A DNA stretch of 64,000 bases, from NCBI GenBank assembly GCA_002269645.1, contig NIVC01000020.1, positions 620,001-684,000 of the forward strand, written 5' to 3'. A program made the position numbers and the translations under genes. The DNA is from Macrostomum lignano. Lineage: Eukaryota. Every line of letters starts with the position of its first letter. Positions within the stretch are counted from its first letter, which is position 1. Positions 11,592 to 23,600 of this stretch are shown here, piece by piece. The notes beneath the pieces are model-generated. The model was not told where the DNA came from. It was given only the letters and a program-made list of their open reading frames with translations, and did not search any database.

Positions 11592-11958
11592 CAATGCACA
11601 CTGCTCACTGCTGATGCTGCCCAGACCATGGGCACTGCACCAATGCACACTGCTCACTGCTGATGCTGCCCAGACCATGGGCACTGCACCAATGCACACT
11701 GCTCACTGCTGATGCTGCCCAGACCATGGGCACTGCACCAATGCACACTGCTCACTGCCGATGCTGCACAGACCATGGGCACTGCACCAATGCACACTGC
11801 TCACTGCCGATGCTGCACAGACCATGGGCACTGCACCAATGCACACTGCTCACTGCTGATGCTGCACAGACCATGGGCACCGCACCAATGCGCAATGCTC
11901 ACTGCTGATGCTGCACAGACCATGGGCACCGCACCAATTCACACTGCTCACTGCTGAT
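11592..11958. repeat. 49-bp tandem array x ~7
   Basis: Unit caatgcacactgctcactgctgatgctgcccagaccatgggcactgcac. Confidence 0.95.
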
Positions 11959-12541
11959 GCTGCCTAGACTTTTAGGCTGTAGACTCCGAGTGCTCACTTA
12001 TTGCTCACGAGCTCATGAGCTGGAAATGCAACCTTATCAGTTAGTCCCAACTTTTTTCTCGCTTTGCAAGTCCCGCCAAGACAGCCATTGTTATTCAGCC
12101 CAGCACCACGTCGCACATTCGCTCATCTCCTTTTCCTTACCCCACGGACTTCTCGAGTCGCTTTGGAGAGTTCGCTGAGCAGCTCAGCTCAATTGCGATA
12201 CTATTTTTATTCTTAAACAACTCACCCCGTCTCTGCCCCAGGTTTGCCGCGAGCCCCGAGCTCGGGCCTGTCGGTCTCGCCTGTCAACTCCAGCTTGACA
12301 TCCAGGCCGCTGCCATTGTGTCCCGCTGCTCTTTGAACCGCATTTGTCAGGCCAAGTCCTTTGAAGAGGCGGCCTGGGCTACTCAATGCCCACTCAGCGT
12401 GCTTGGCAAACTCTAAGTTTTTCTATTGTGTCAGGTTTCTGAGCAGGCTCAGCACTTTATGCGGTGTCCGCACGGAGGCATGATACCAAAATAGCCGTGA
12501 CGCGCGAGCTGGGCGTTTGTGAAGGCACAAAATGTGAGAAG

Positions 12542-12792
12542 TGACACCAGTGTGTACTGACACCAGTGTGTACTGACACCAGTGTGCACTGACACCAGTG
12601 TGTACTGACACCAGTGTGCACTGACACCAGTGTGCACTGACACCAGTGTGCACTGACACCAGTGTGTACTGACACTGACACCAGTGTGCACTGACACCAG
12701 TGTGTACTGACACCAGTGTGTACTGACACCAGTGTGCACTGACACCAGTGTGCACTGACACCAGTGTGTACTGACACCAGTGTGCACTGACG
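12542..12792. repeat. 16-bp tandem array (tgacaccagtgtg[t/c]ac) x ~15
   Basis: Direct reading. Confidence 0.95.
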
Positions 12793-13244
12793 TCACTAAA
12801 ACAAAGTTTCCAATAAATAGCTGCTAAAGCATGCAGCCAGCACAACTCAAGCCCCACTATGCTGAGCAGTCCCACGCAGCAGTCTTAAGCTGAGACATTT
12901 GCATTTTCAAAAGCTTTGCTTGCACAATGGAAATGACAGGGCGGGGCCTTCTCAGGCAATGGAAAATTCTCGTGATTTTCCATTAACGTCGTCTCATGAT
13001 GAAGAGGTTGAAGAAAGACTGCGGCTCTGGCTCGCAAGAAGTGCGGCGAAAATTTCTGTCGCATTTTTTCCATCTCAACACAGAAGGACATTTAAACAGA
13101 CTTTCAACGTCATTTCTATTTTAGCTAGCAGGGCCCTTTCTGCTGATAAAATTGCCTACAGATTTTTCTTTTTGATGGACTAGCTGTTCCAGGAAAGGGG
13201 GAATTCTTCTGATACTTTGATTCCTCATCTGCTCGAGAATCGCT

Positions 13245-13990
13245 AAGGTGATGAGGAATCGCTCAGGTGATGGGGAATCGCTCAGGTGATGGGGAATCGC
13301 TCAGGTGATGGGGAATCGCTCAAGTGATGGGGAATCGCTCAGGTGATGGGGAATCGCTCAGGTGATGGGGAATCGCTCAGGTGATGGGGAATCGCTCAGG
13401 TGATGGAGAATCGCTCAGGTGATGGGGAATCGCTCAGATGATGGGGAATCGCTCAAATGATGGGGAATCGCTCAGGTGATGGGGAATCGCTTAAGTGATG
13501 GGGAATCGCTCAGGTGATGGGGAATCGCTTAAGTGATGGGGAATCGCTCAGGTGATGGGGAATCGCTCAGGTGATGGGGAATCGCTTAAGTGATGGGGAA
13601 TCGCTCAGGTGATGGGGAATCGCTTAAGTGATGGGGAATCGCTCAGGTGATGGGGAATCGCTCAGGTGATGGGGAATCGCTCAGGTGATGGGGACCCAGG
13701 TGATCAGGTGATTGGGAACCAGGTGATCAGGTGATGGGGAACCAGGTGATCAGGTGATGGGGAACCAGGTGATCAGGTGATGGGGAACCAGGTGATCAGG
13801 TGATGGGGAACCAGGTGATCAGGTGATGGGGAACCAGGTGATCAGGTGATGGGGAACCAGGTGATCAGGTGATGGGGAACCAGGTGATCAGGTGATGGGG
13901 AATCGCTCAGATGATGGGGAATCGCTCAAGTGATGGGGAATCGCTCAGGTGATGGGGACCCAGGTGATCAGGTGATTGGGAACCAGGTGA
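13245..13990. repeat. Compound array of 19-bp (gctcaggtgatggggaatc) and 23-bp (accaggtgatcaggtgatgggga) units
   Basis: Direct reading; the 19-bp unit recurs inverted at 29937-30026. Confidence 0.95.
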
Positions 13991-14612
13991 TCAATGCTGG
14001 AACCGCTCGGGTGACGGGTGAGCAGCTTCGCATGCTGCAGAGGCAAAATCAGAAGCAGATGGCAGCCAAGGTGAGCTGCAAAAGGCCCGACCCCACCTCA
14101 CCGCTCGAGTGCATGCGAACCCTGCCATGCAGTTTCAAACTCTGCCGCCATAAAACGGCTCAACGCACCTCCAACTTGTTAGGGCTGAGTAGGTGAGGCG
14201 AGCTCGAAAATCTCCGTGAGTCACAAAATAGACATGATGCAGTCATGCCCTGTCCTGACTGAGACATCCAGGATTGGCAGGGCCAGTTTTACTCTGGCAT
14301 CTCCCGCCTTTCGTCACAGACAAAAATAGCCCAGCTGTCCCAAGTCACAGGTACAATGGCATACGGTTTGAGATGGTGTGAGGCAACTGACCAACTAATT
14401 TGCAGCTCTATTTTCTGCGATGAGGTTTTGCAAGTGGAGGGCCAGCATAAATGAACAAATGACCTTCAGTGAGTGCATGGAAACTAAAAAATAAGTCATG
14501 TTTATTTTTGTCATTAACTGGATTTCTCTATAAAATGAGAAACTTCGAGAAGGCTTTATGGCTGCATGGCGAGCCTTCTAACTGATTTCTAACTCTCAAC
14601 TGCTACATCAGC

Positions 14613-17600
14613 ATGGCCAGGCTCTTGCTGCTGCTCATCACAGCAGCCATCTGCACAGGTAAATTGGCATTCTGCTCGAATAGCAATTAGCAAATGCACT
14701 TCATGCAGCTCAGGTGACCATTCTCGCATTGCAGACGGTGGCCTCTCCATCAGCTGCTTCAGCCGCAGCGGAAGCACAGACGACAGCAACGGGACTGCGA
14801 TTTCCTGTGGAGACTTCCCCTACTGCTATTCCTATTCGAATGGCCTCGAGGTAAGGGTCTAATGAGAAACATCACAGAGTGGTTTGTTTGGCTTAAGTTT
14901 CAATTTTGATTTACCGGGTCATCCGTAGTTTGATTTAAGTACGCGTGCACTCATAAGGACAGCTAAAGCAGAAGGGGTCGGATGTGGTTTTATTCAAGTA
15001 CGCGCGCACTCATAAGGACAGCTAAAGCAGAAGGGGTCGGATGTGGTTTTATTCAAGTACGCGCGCACTCATAAGGACAGCTAAAGCAGAAGGGGTCGGA
15101 TGTGGTTTTATTCAAGTACGCGCGCACTCATAAGGACAGCTAAAGCAGAAGGGGTCGGATGTGGTTTTATTCAAGTACGCGCGCACTCATAAGGACAGCT
15201 AAAGCAGAAGGGGTCGGATGTGGTTTTATTCAAGTACGCGCGCACTCATAAGGACAGCTAAAGCAGAAGGGGTCGGATGTGGTTTTATTCAAGTACGCGC
15301 GCACTCATAAGGACAGCTAAAGCAGAAGGGGTCGGATGTGGTTTTATTCAAGTACGCGCGCACTCATAAGGACAGCTAAAGCAGAAGGGGTCGGTTGTGG
15401 TTTTTTCAAGCACGCGCGCACTCATAAGGACAGCTAAAGCAGAAGGGGTCGGATGTGGTTTTATTCAAGTACGCGCGCACTCATAAGGACAGCTAAAGCA
15501 GAAGGGGTCGGATGTGGTTTTATTCAAGTACGCGCGCACTCATAAGGACAGCTAAAGCAGAAGGGGTCGGATGTGGTTTTTTCAAGCACGCGCTGAAGCA
15601 CTGAGGCACTGAAGCACGGGCTGGCAGTGCAGCAGCGCTGTGGCCCAAGTGTCCATTGGCGTGGCTGCACAAAACAGACATGGTCAAGTTGCATTGTTGG
15701 TCAGTCCGCGCATCAGTGCCGTATAGCAGTTCACACTGATGATTTCTGATTGACGCTCAGGGGAAGTTATGAAAACACAGTTAGCCCGTGTTCTTTAATT
15801 TTGCATGCCTTCGTTGCTACATTTCGGGGCGGCAAAAATCGTCAGGGGTTCCCTGCCTCCTTGGCTGCTCTGCTGTACAGTGGAATTCGCACAGCAGTGC
15901 GAAAAGCAGCCAGAAATTGTTTCCATGGTTAACAACTTCCGATCAGTCTGTGCAGAATTTTTTTTGTAAAAAATTTATGGGCTTTCATGCGAACTGAGCA
16001 CACGAAAGACTCGCAAGCCACAGCTGTGAAGAAAGAGGATGAAGGATACTGGTGAATTGAGTTGAGTTGAGTTGGTGATGCTGTAAAGTCATCTTTCTTA
16101 GTCTTTGGTTCTGAGAGTTTACAGGCTTTAGAAATTGAAAGAAATAAATTATGAAGCAGGCGGCAAATCTTCTAGCAAGATTCAAATTTTCAAGTTTCTC
16201 ACCGAACTGAGCTCTGCTTGTCGCGTTTGACACTTTTTGATTTGCACTTCGTGAAATTCTATTCCTGACTGTTTCACCTCTGCTTCGTAAAGTTTTCTTA
16301 GCAACTTGTGAAATACCATCAGAGCTGTCTATTTTAATAATTTTACGCGCTTTCAGCGTTTTGCCGGCTGCAGCAGATGCACCGGGGCCCGAGAGTACTA
16401 TTATGGTGGATGCAGCAACACCATCTGCACGTTGGGAATGGACTGTCAAGTGTGCAGCTCTGACTTCTGCAACGCGGTCTCTCCCTCAAGCATCAGCTGT
16501 TTCTACCGCAGTGGCATGTCATACAGTGCAAATGACAATGGAACGAAGGTCACATGTCATTCTGGAGTGACTACCTGTTACTCGTACATGTCGGTAAGCT
16601 GCTTCAGTACAGACGCCTAACGACTTTCTTTCAGCCACGATCTTTCACACCATTTTCATTCACCCTCAACTCCCAGGGATCGTACAGCTACGCTGGCTGC
16701 GGTGACTGCAGCACACGGAACGATCCCTCGTGCGTCACATGCAACTCTACGGACTGCAACACAATGGCCCCATCGGCCATCAGCTGCTACGCTGGCACTC
16801 AAAACTACGGTGGATCCAGTGGACCCGGTGGATCACTGAGCAACGGAACTGCGGTAGAATGCCCGACAGGAGTCACGTCGTGCTTCTCCCGTCTTAGAAC
16901 TTCTTCTTATTCTATTAGTGTGAGATGCTCTTTAAAGAATTTGCTACATAATTTTCAATTATGAGAATCAGTGATCGCATTTTCGGAAATCGGGAGAGAA
17001 GAAAACTCAGGAGACAAAAGAGACGGAGCCTTGATGAGGAAGGCGCAGAGGTACAGAAGAGAACAATACGGGACACAGCTGGGGAAGGGATGCTGCAGAC
17101 TGAACTAACCTGTCTTGCAGTGAGAATGCAACTAAAATTTAAGATTTAAGTAAGATAAACACGGTATGTATTGTTATGCCGTGGCTTTCGCCTGAGATAG
17201 AACAAGGATTTCCCTGGGTGGTCGGGTAGGTCTTGTTATCCCACCGCTGCCACCAGTGTTATGGCTGTGCCTACTGCTTCCTCTGTCTGTCCTCGCTATC
17301 TAGCACGGCCGGTAGCTGGCCTGAGTGGTCTAGCACTATGGTCCGAATTAACCCCTCTTAGTCTCCACTGAGTACAGTTAGATAATAACCGAGTATTGGT
17401 AGTTGGGTTGCTGCCACCTTGTAGGTCTACAGGTGATATCCTCGACAGGTTACCCCTAGGTAGGCCTACTGATAAGTAGAAAATAAATAAGACAAACAAG
17501 TCAGTTAAACGTTTATTAATGTGAGTAACGGTCACAGGCCGATCCTAAAATATCGTTTAATAGCTCAACTGGTGTCGCAGTAACAAGTCCCAACCCTATT

Positions 17601-20600
17601 AGGTGTCACTGATGTTGCCCAACAGCGTAGGTTGTAGGCCACGAGACCAGGTCCAGACGGTGTCGAAGGTCTGGCGAGCTGATGACACAAAGACCTGCGG
17701 CAATCTTAATGAGCAAATGGCAGCTGCAACAAGGATTTGTTAGCAGGTTATCCCTAGGAAAAGCGTCTAGCGATCTGCCTAAGCTAGTTCGTCTAGGAAA
17801 AGCATCTAGGAATACTAGCCTTTGCTCGAAGCCAAGCAGGCGGTCTCCGAGAGGATGGTCTCTGTGGGCCTTCACCTATTCTGTATTTATACTAAAATTC
17901 GGGGGTCTCAGGGCCAATGGGAAGCTCAGAGGCAGTTCCGTGGCAGATCCCATGGCAGTTCCGTGGACTACCCGGAGCCAGGAGCGATCTTGGAGATGTC
18001 CATAAGACATCTGCCTCATCATGCAGCCTCCGCATGGCCTGCTGGTACACTGCTTGCATGTTGCGGCATGCAAGGAGTGCACCAAGACCCCACGAGAGCC
18101 TACCCCGGGCGGAGAGCTATGCTCTCACTCCCGCTGACTAAAAGCCTGTACTAAAGGAGAAATATCCCACTGACTAATGTTTCTATTTTTAGCCCATTGC
18201 AGACTGCGCCAGGGGGAGAGGGGGAGAGAGTTTCTCTCCCTGTCCCGCGACAGCTGCACACCTGAGCCTGCACAAGGGAAGAGGAGGAAGGGACAGCCCT
18301 ATGCCCAGCTCCCACTGCTGCAGCCCAAGCACTAACTGACTAAGAGGGGATCCCAGGAGCAGCCTTATGCTAGCTACGCTGGATCACCACACCCACCCCA
18401 CCTGAAAAAGAAGAAGCGACACCAGGAGGTTCTTCATCAAGTAAGGTAAGTCAATGTATTTATGACGTTAGATAATAATTAAAGAAAGGCCATAGGCCAA
18501 TGCACAAGTAATCAATATAGTCGTTGAAAGGCATTACGCCAATACACCTGGCGAGGCCGTAGGCCTGCCATAGAATGTCGTTCTCGCTTGCCGAATTAGT
18601 GAGCCGGTTTCGCCGTGTTCAGCAGCGCCAAGGCCTCTGGTGAGAGAACCGCCATGCGGCCGAGGTCTTGGGCAGCCCGACGTACCGCAGCTTCTAGGGC
18701 AACCGCGTGGTGCCGGTACGGCAACAGAAGAGTACGAGTCCGGCAGAAGGCTTCATTGATCAATGCCTGACGTTCGGTCTCCGTCTTGGCCTTTAAAGCT
18801 ACTACCTGGGGCGTGGGCCAAGCTGTTATGTCCCCGGTGTAGGCGGCCTTCAGCAACACGGAGACAAGCATGTTCTCTAGTGGCTTGTTTGTCTGCGCCT
18901 GGCAGGCTGTTCCGCCGTGAGTCGGCACTGCCTCCCGCGGGGGGGGGCCGCTGCGCTTTCCCAGCCGATCCTGAACTGAAAGATGCTCTGTGGACCGCCA
19001 ATTGGCTGCGCGCTGCCCCGAGCGGCTCCTTGAGGTGCCCGAGATCGTCCGGCCTCGTCCCCTAGACGGGGGACGGTCCAGCAAAGCCGTCCTTCGCTGC
19101 GCCGGCTCTGTCTGAGGTCCGGCTGCGGCCTGTATGTTCGTGTCGACCTGAAGCAGCGCCCTTCTCACTATCCCGACGGGAGCCACGACCTGTGGGCCCG
19201 ATGGCACTGGCGCTGGTTTCGTCGTTACACGTCCCGCATCGGGGCGCGGTGACGACACGTCCTTCGGGTCAAATGACTCGTCCGAGGCAGACAGCGACAG
19301 CTGCTGCTCAAGAGGCATGTCCGAATCGCTCATGATGAGGCTGGAATGCGGAAAGAAGCGCCTTATTGAAGAGGCGAGCGCATCCCTGATCCTAGCAACA
19401 TAAGATTTAGCTCTAGGATTCATTATTAGTCTATCTGGGGCTCGGCGGTCTCTCCGCGGGCGCTCAGCAACAGGCTGAGGGTCCGGGGGCACCGCTTCGG
19501 GCTGTTCTATGTCCCTAGGTGCTTCAGGTTGCTCATGAACAGCTACCCCATTTTTATTCATTTCAGGTTCGGCGACTTCTGGGATCGCTGCTAGTGCTGC
19601 GGCCGGACGCAGAAAGTAGCGCGGAGCCCAGTCGTTATTATCGTCATCGAGCTCGTCAACGTCATCGGCGACTTCGCCGGTATTCTGAGAGGCAGTGGTT
19701 TCTATGGCAACGCGAGGCTTACGCGGCGGCCCAGCACGGTGCTCAGCTGCCCGGCCAGCTGGCTCTGGATAGTCAGCTTGCGGAACCGGTAGCATATTGC
19801 GACGGTGCACCACCAACTCCTCTCGACGAGCCCTAGGATTCCGGAGGCGAGGTCTGATCTTGTAGACAACTTCTCCTTTGCGCTCTACTACTTCATACAC
19901 AGCCCTGCGCGGTCTGTGAAATTTCTGCGCTTCCCAAGACTGATCTAAGACTGGATTGTTCAGGAAGACTAGGTCACCCGGTGAGAGCTGCTTGGCCTTC
20001 GGGCGATTCTCATAATGTTCATCGCGAAGTTCTTGATGCAGCTTCACACGGTCCTGGGCTAACTTATTAGCTTCCTCTAGTCTCTTCTGGAAGTCTTGGA
20101 CGTACGTTGGCAAGTCCGGATATTCAGGTGGGACCCGAAGCTCATTATCAATGGGCATCCGGAATTCTCTTCCAAAGACCAAGAAGTAGGGCGTAAACCC
20201 TGTAACCGGGTGAACGCTAGATCGCAGAGCGATCATGCATGCTGGGAGGAAGGTATCCCAATCTTGGTGATTCTTCTCCAGCAAGCACGTGAGTACACTC
20301 TTGATTGTCTTGTTGAGATTTTCCACCTGGCCATTCGAACTAGGATTATACGGCGTTGTAGTCGTGTGCCTAATGCCGTACAGCTCACAAAACTTCTTAA
20401 AGTCCTTTCCAGTGAAATTCGTTCCTTGGTCGGTGTGCAGCCACGCTGGTACACCGTACTCCGGAAACAATCTTCCGGAAAGAATCTTGACTACGGTCTT
20501 GGTCTTCTGGTTCCGCATAGGGAACGCAAAAGGGTATTTAGAAGTAGCATCGCATAGCGTCAGAATATAGCGGTGGCCAGCTCGCGAAGGCTGCGAGATT

Positions 20601-23600
20601 GGGCCGACAACGTCGCAGTGTAGCCGCCCCATCACTTCACAGACTGGGAAGCTCTGCACAGGCACGGCTTCGCGACGGCGAGTCTTGCTCTCCAGGCAAA
20701 CTCGACATCGGGCCACGTAGGCCTTAACCGCTTTGCTCAAAGACGGCCTCCAAAACCTTTGTCTAACCCGAAGATAGGTCTTAGTTTCGCCAAGGTGTCC
20801 ACTCAAGGGAGCATCATGGAGCTCTTTGAACACCTGGTCATCTAGACTCTTCGGCAGCACAATGCGCGGTGGACGGTCTGCTATGTCTTCATCGTAGACG
20901 AGCAGGTTGTCTACTAGCCGCAACATATCAAAGTAGCCTAGTAGGTTGCGCGTATCCCTACTAAGACGTAGTCGGGCGTCAAAGGACGGCTTGGGCGAAC
21001 TAGTCGCTAAAAGATTTCTGACGAACTCAATGTCCGGGTCCTTCTGCTGCTCGAGGAGCAGTTGGTCTCGCTTCAGAGGTTCGGACAGAAAATCACTAAG
21101 CAGAACACGACAGCGTGGAGGAACATCCTCACTAACGCTACGGTTCGCTGATTCCGTTATTGAAGCAGATAATGGCCTTGCTGCGTCGTCGGTCCGGATT
21201 CCTGCGGTCAGGTCACCTGAGACACGAGGGCGAACAGCTTCTATGGCCGTAGGTGCGGTAGTGTGGCGTCCAACTGGGGCAAAGTCCACAGCTAAACCAG
21301 CAACCTTGGCTGCCCATTCTGAGCGGCGGTCCACTGAGGGACAACATGTCGCATCAGTCTGGCAGACAGCCTCGGACGCTCCAGCCGAACAACGGTTCAC
21401 TGAGGAACAACATGTTGAGTCGGCAGAAACGGCCGCAATAACGGGTGTCGGACATCGGTCCACTGAGGGACAACATGATGAGCCGGCGACGGCAATACGA
21501 GATTCCTGCGAGGCAGAACTGCTGGATGTTACTTGGTCGGCGTCTTCGACTAATCGAGGGCTGAGGGTACAGTGGCCTCATTTTCTGTCTGGTTGGGTGT
21601 CCGTGCTCCAGGACGACAGTCATCGAACTCCGGACCGTCCGGCTTTCTTGATAAGCTGTCTGCGTTCTGGTGCAAACTTCCCTTCCGATGAATGACAGCA
21701 AAGTCGAATTCACTTAGCCGTTCGACCCAACGACCCAAGATACCTTCGGCTTCAGTCTGGCGAATGAGCCAAAGAAGAGCCCTGTGGTCTGTTCTAACCT
21801 CAAATCTCTTACCGATTAAGTAGTAACGAAAGTGCCTCATCGAGTCAACAACGGCCAAAAGCTCACGCTTGGTGTTGTTGTACCTCGTTTCAGGCTCGCG
21901 CAATTTCCGACTAAAATAGGCAACAGGCCACTCCGCACCATCGGATTGGCGCTGGCCTAAACAGGCGCCGATTCGGAAACCTGAGGCATCACAATCCAGG
22001 ACGAAGACTGTGTCTGGGTCTGTGTTGTACTCTGGGTACGCGAGGACCTCAGTAGAGCACAGCTTCTTCTTGAGCTCATCGAAAGCTTTCGAGTGTTGCT
22101 CTGTCCATAGCCCCTTGAACCCAACAAGGTTCTTCCGAGTCAATTGATGCAACGGGGCAGCAATTTCGGCGTAATTCTTAACGAATTTGGCATAGTAGTT
22201 ACAGAGACCTAGAAAGCTCTGCAGCTGCTTGACTGTCTGAGGACGCGGCCAGTCTAGTATCTGCTGTACCTTGTCTTCATTAGTCCTAATGCCTCGTCTA
22301 TCGACTACATGTCCGAGATAGTGCAACTCTGTCTTAAACAGATGGCATTTGCGTGGCTTTAGCTTAAGATTGGCTTCAATGAGCCGCCTGAACATTTCGC
22401 GAAGATGTTCGAGGTGCTCCTCGAAGGCAATACTATGAATGACAATGTCATCCATGTATCCTAAGGCGAACTTAGTGATACCGTCTAGCAGCATATTGAT
22501 GCATCGCTGGAAGGCTCCAGGGCTATCGCGAAGCCCCATAGGCAAGACGTTGAACTCAAACTGACCTCGATTGATCACTGAGAAGGCTGTGCGAAAACGA
22601 TCCTCTTCACGCAACGGGATCTGATAGAACCCTTGAGCAAGATCCAAGCTGCTGAACCATTGAGATCCACGGAGACATGCAAACGTCTCCTGGATAGATG
22701 GCAACGGATACGGGCGATATTCGCATCTCTCATTCAGCTCGCGATAGTCATGGACTATGCGGACAGATTTGTCCTTCTTAGGCACTACTAAGATAGGAGA
22801 GCTGTAGCTTGAATAAGATGGCCTGATCAAGCCCTTCTCTAGCATCTCATCTAGCAGCTGATTGACCTGATCTGCAGTGCGGGGGGACCCTGCGAGCTGG
22901 GATCCTAACTGGAGTCTCGTCTCGCATGACAATCTGATGGGTCACCAGGTGAGTCAGACCGTGATCAAGAGTGTGCGTGGAGAACGCATTACGCGACTCT
23001 CTGATCAGCTCTCGAACCTGGGACTTCTGGTCCTCCGTGATCGAATCGCCTATCTCTATCTCATTGATCCAATCGTCACTGGCTGAATTGATGTTATCGT
23101 CTAGGTGCAACTTGCGCACAGGTGTTGCTTTCAGTTCTGGATAGTACTCGAGGTCTTGCGTCGGAGCGGTGTGGCAAGGCCCACCAAGGCTCCTTTGGCT
23201 ATATTAACTGGAAAGTTGTTAGGATTAACAACTTCCATGCAGCCTTTGCCTTCATGCATCGTTACCAATGCTGCAGATGCGCGGACCTGGGAAAGCCCAG
23301 CGCGGAGTCCAGATCTGAGTGGTTCAACCACTGCTGGCACTCCATAATTCGATTCTTTGCCACGTGCCAGTTGCACAGATATGAGGCCAGAACTTCGAGC
23401 AGGAATCTGATGTTTTCCGGCAACATAGACTCTGCACGAGGTTGGCTCACGGCGCGTATAGCGCACGGGTACACAAGTACCAGTAGTGAGGGTAAGCATT
23501 CCTGTCTGGAACTCCAAGGTCCGACAGTGCTTCCTCATAAAATCAATGCCTAGGAGATTCTCCTGATCGCCGCTTACAATGTAGAATTCAGCTTCAGCTG

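Noticed and set aside
12230-12420. GC-rich exon-like stretch after ctgccccag (FAASPELGPVGL...)
   Set aside because: No recognisable homology, convincing donor or partner exons.
17238-17255. tRNA-Leu 3' sequence suggesting a tRNA gene
   Set aside because: Only 18 nt including CCA, with no cloverleaf; it is a primer-binding-site copy.
17296-18154. Small ORFs duplicated at 25069-25927
   Set aside because: They are duplicated only because they lie in the two LTRs; no recognisable domains.
18596-19333. env gene
   Set aside because: No signal peptide or transmembrane segment; reported instead as an unknown extension.
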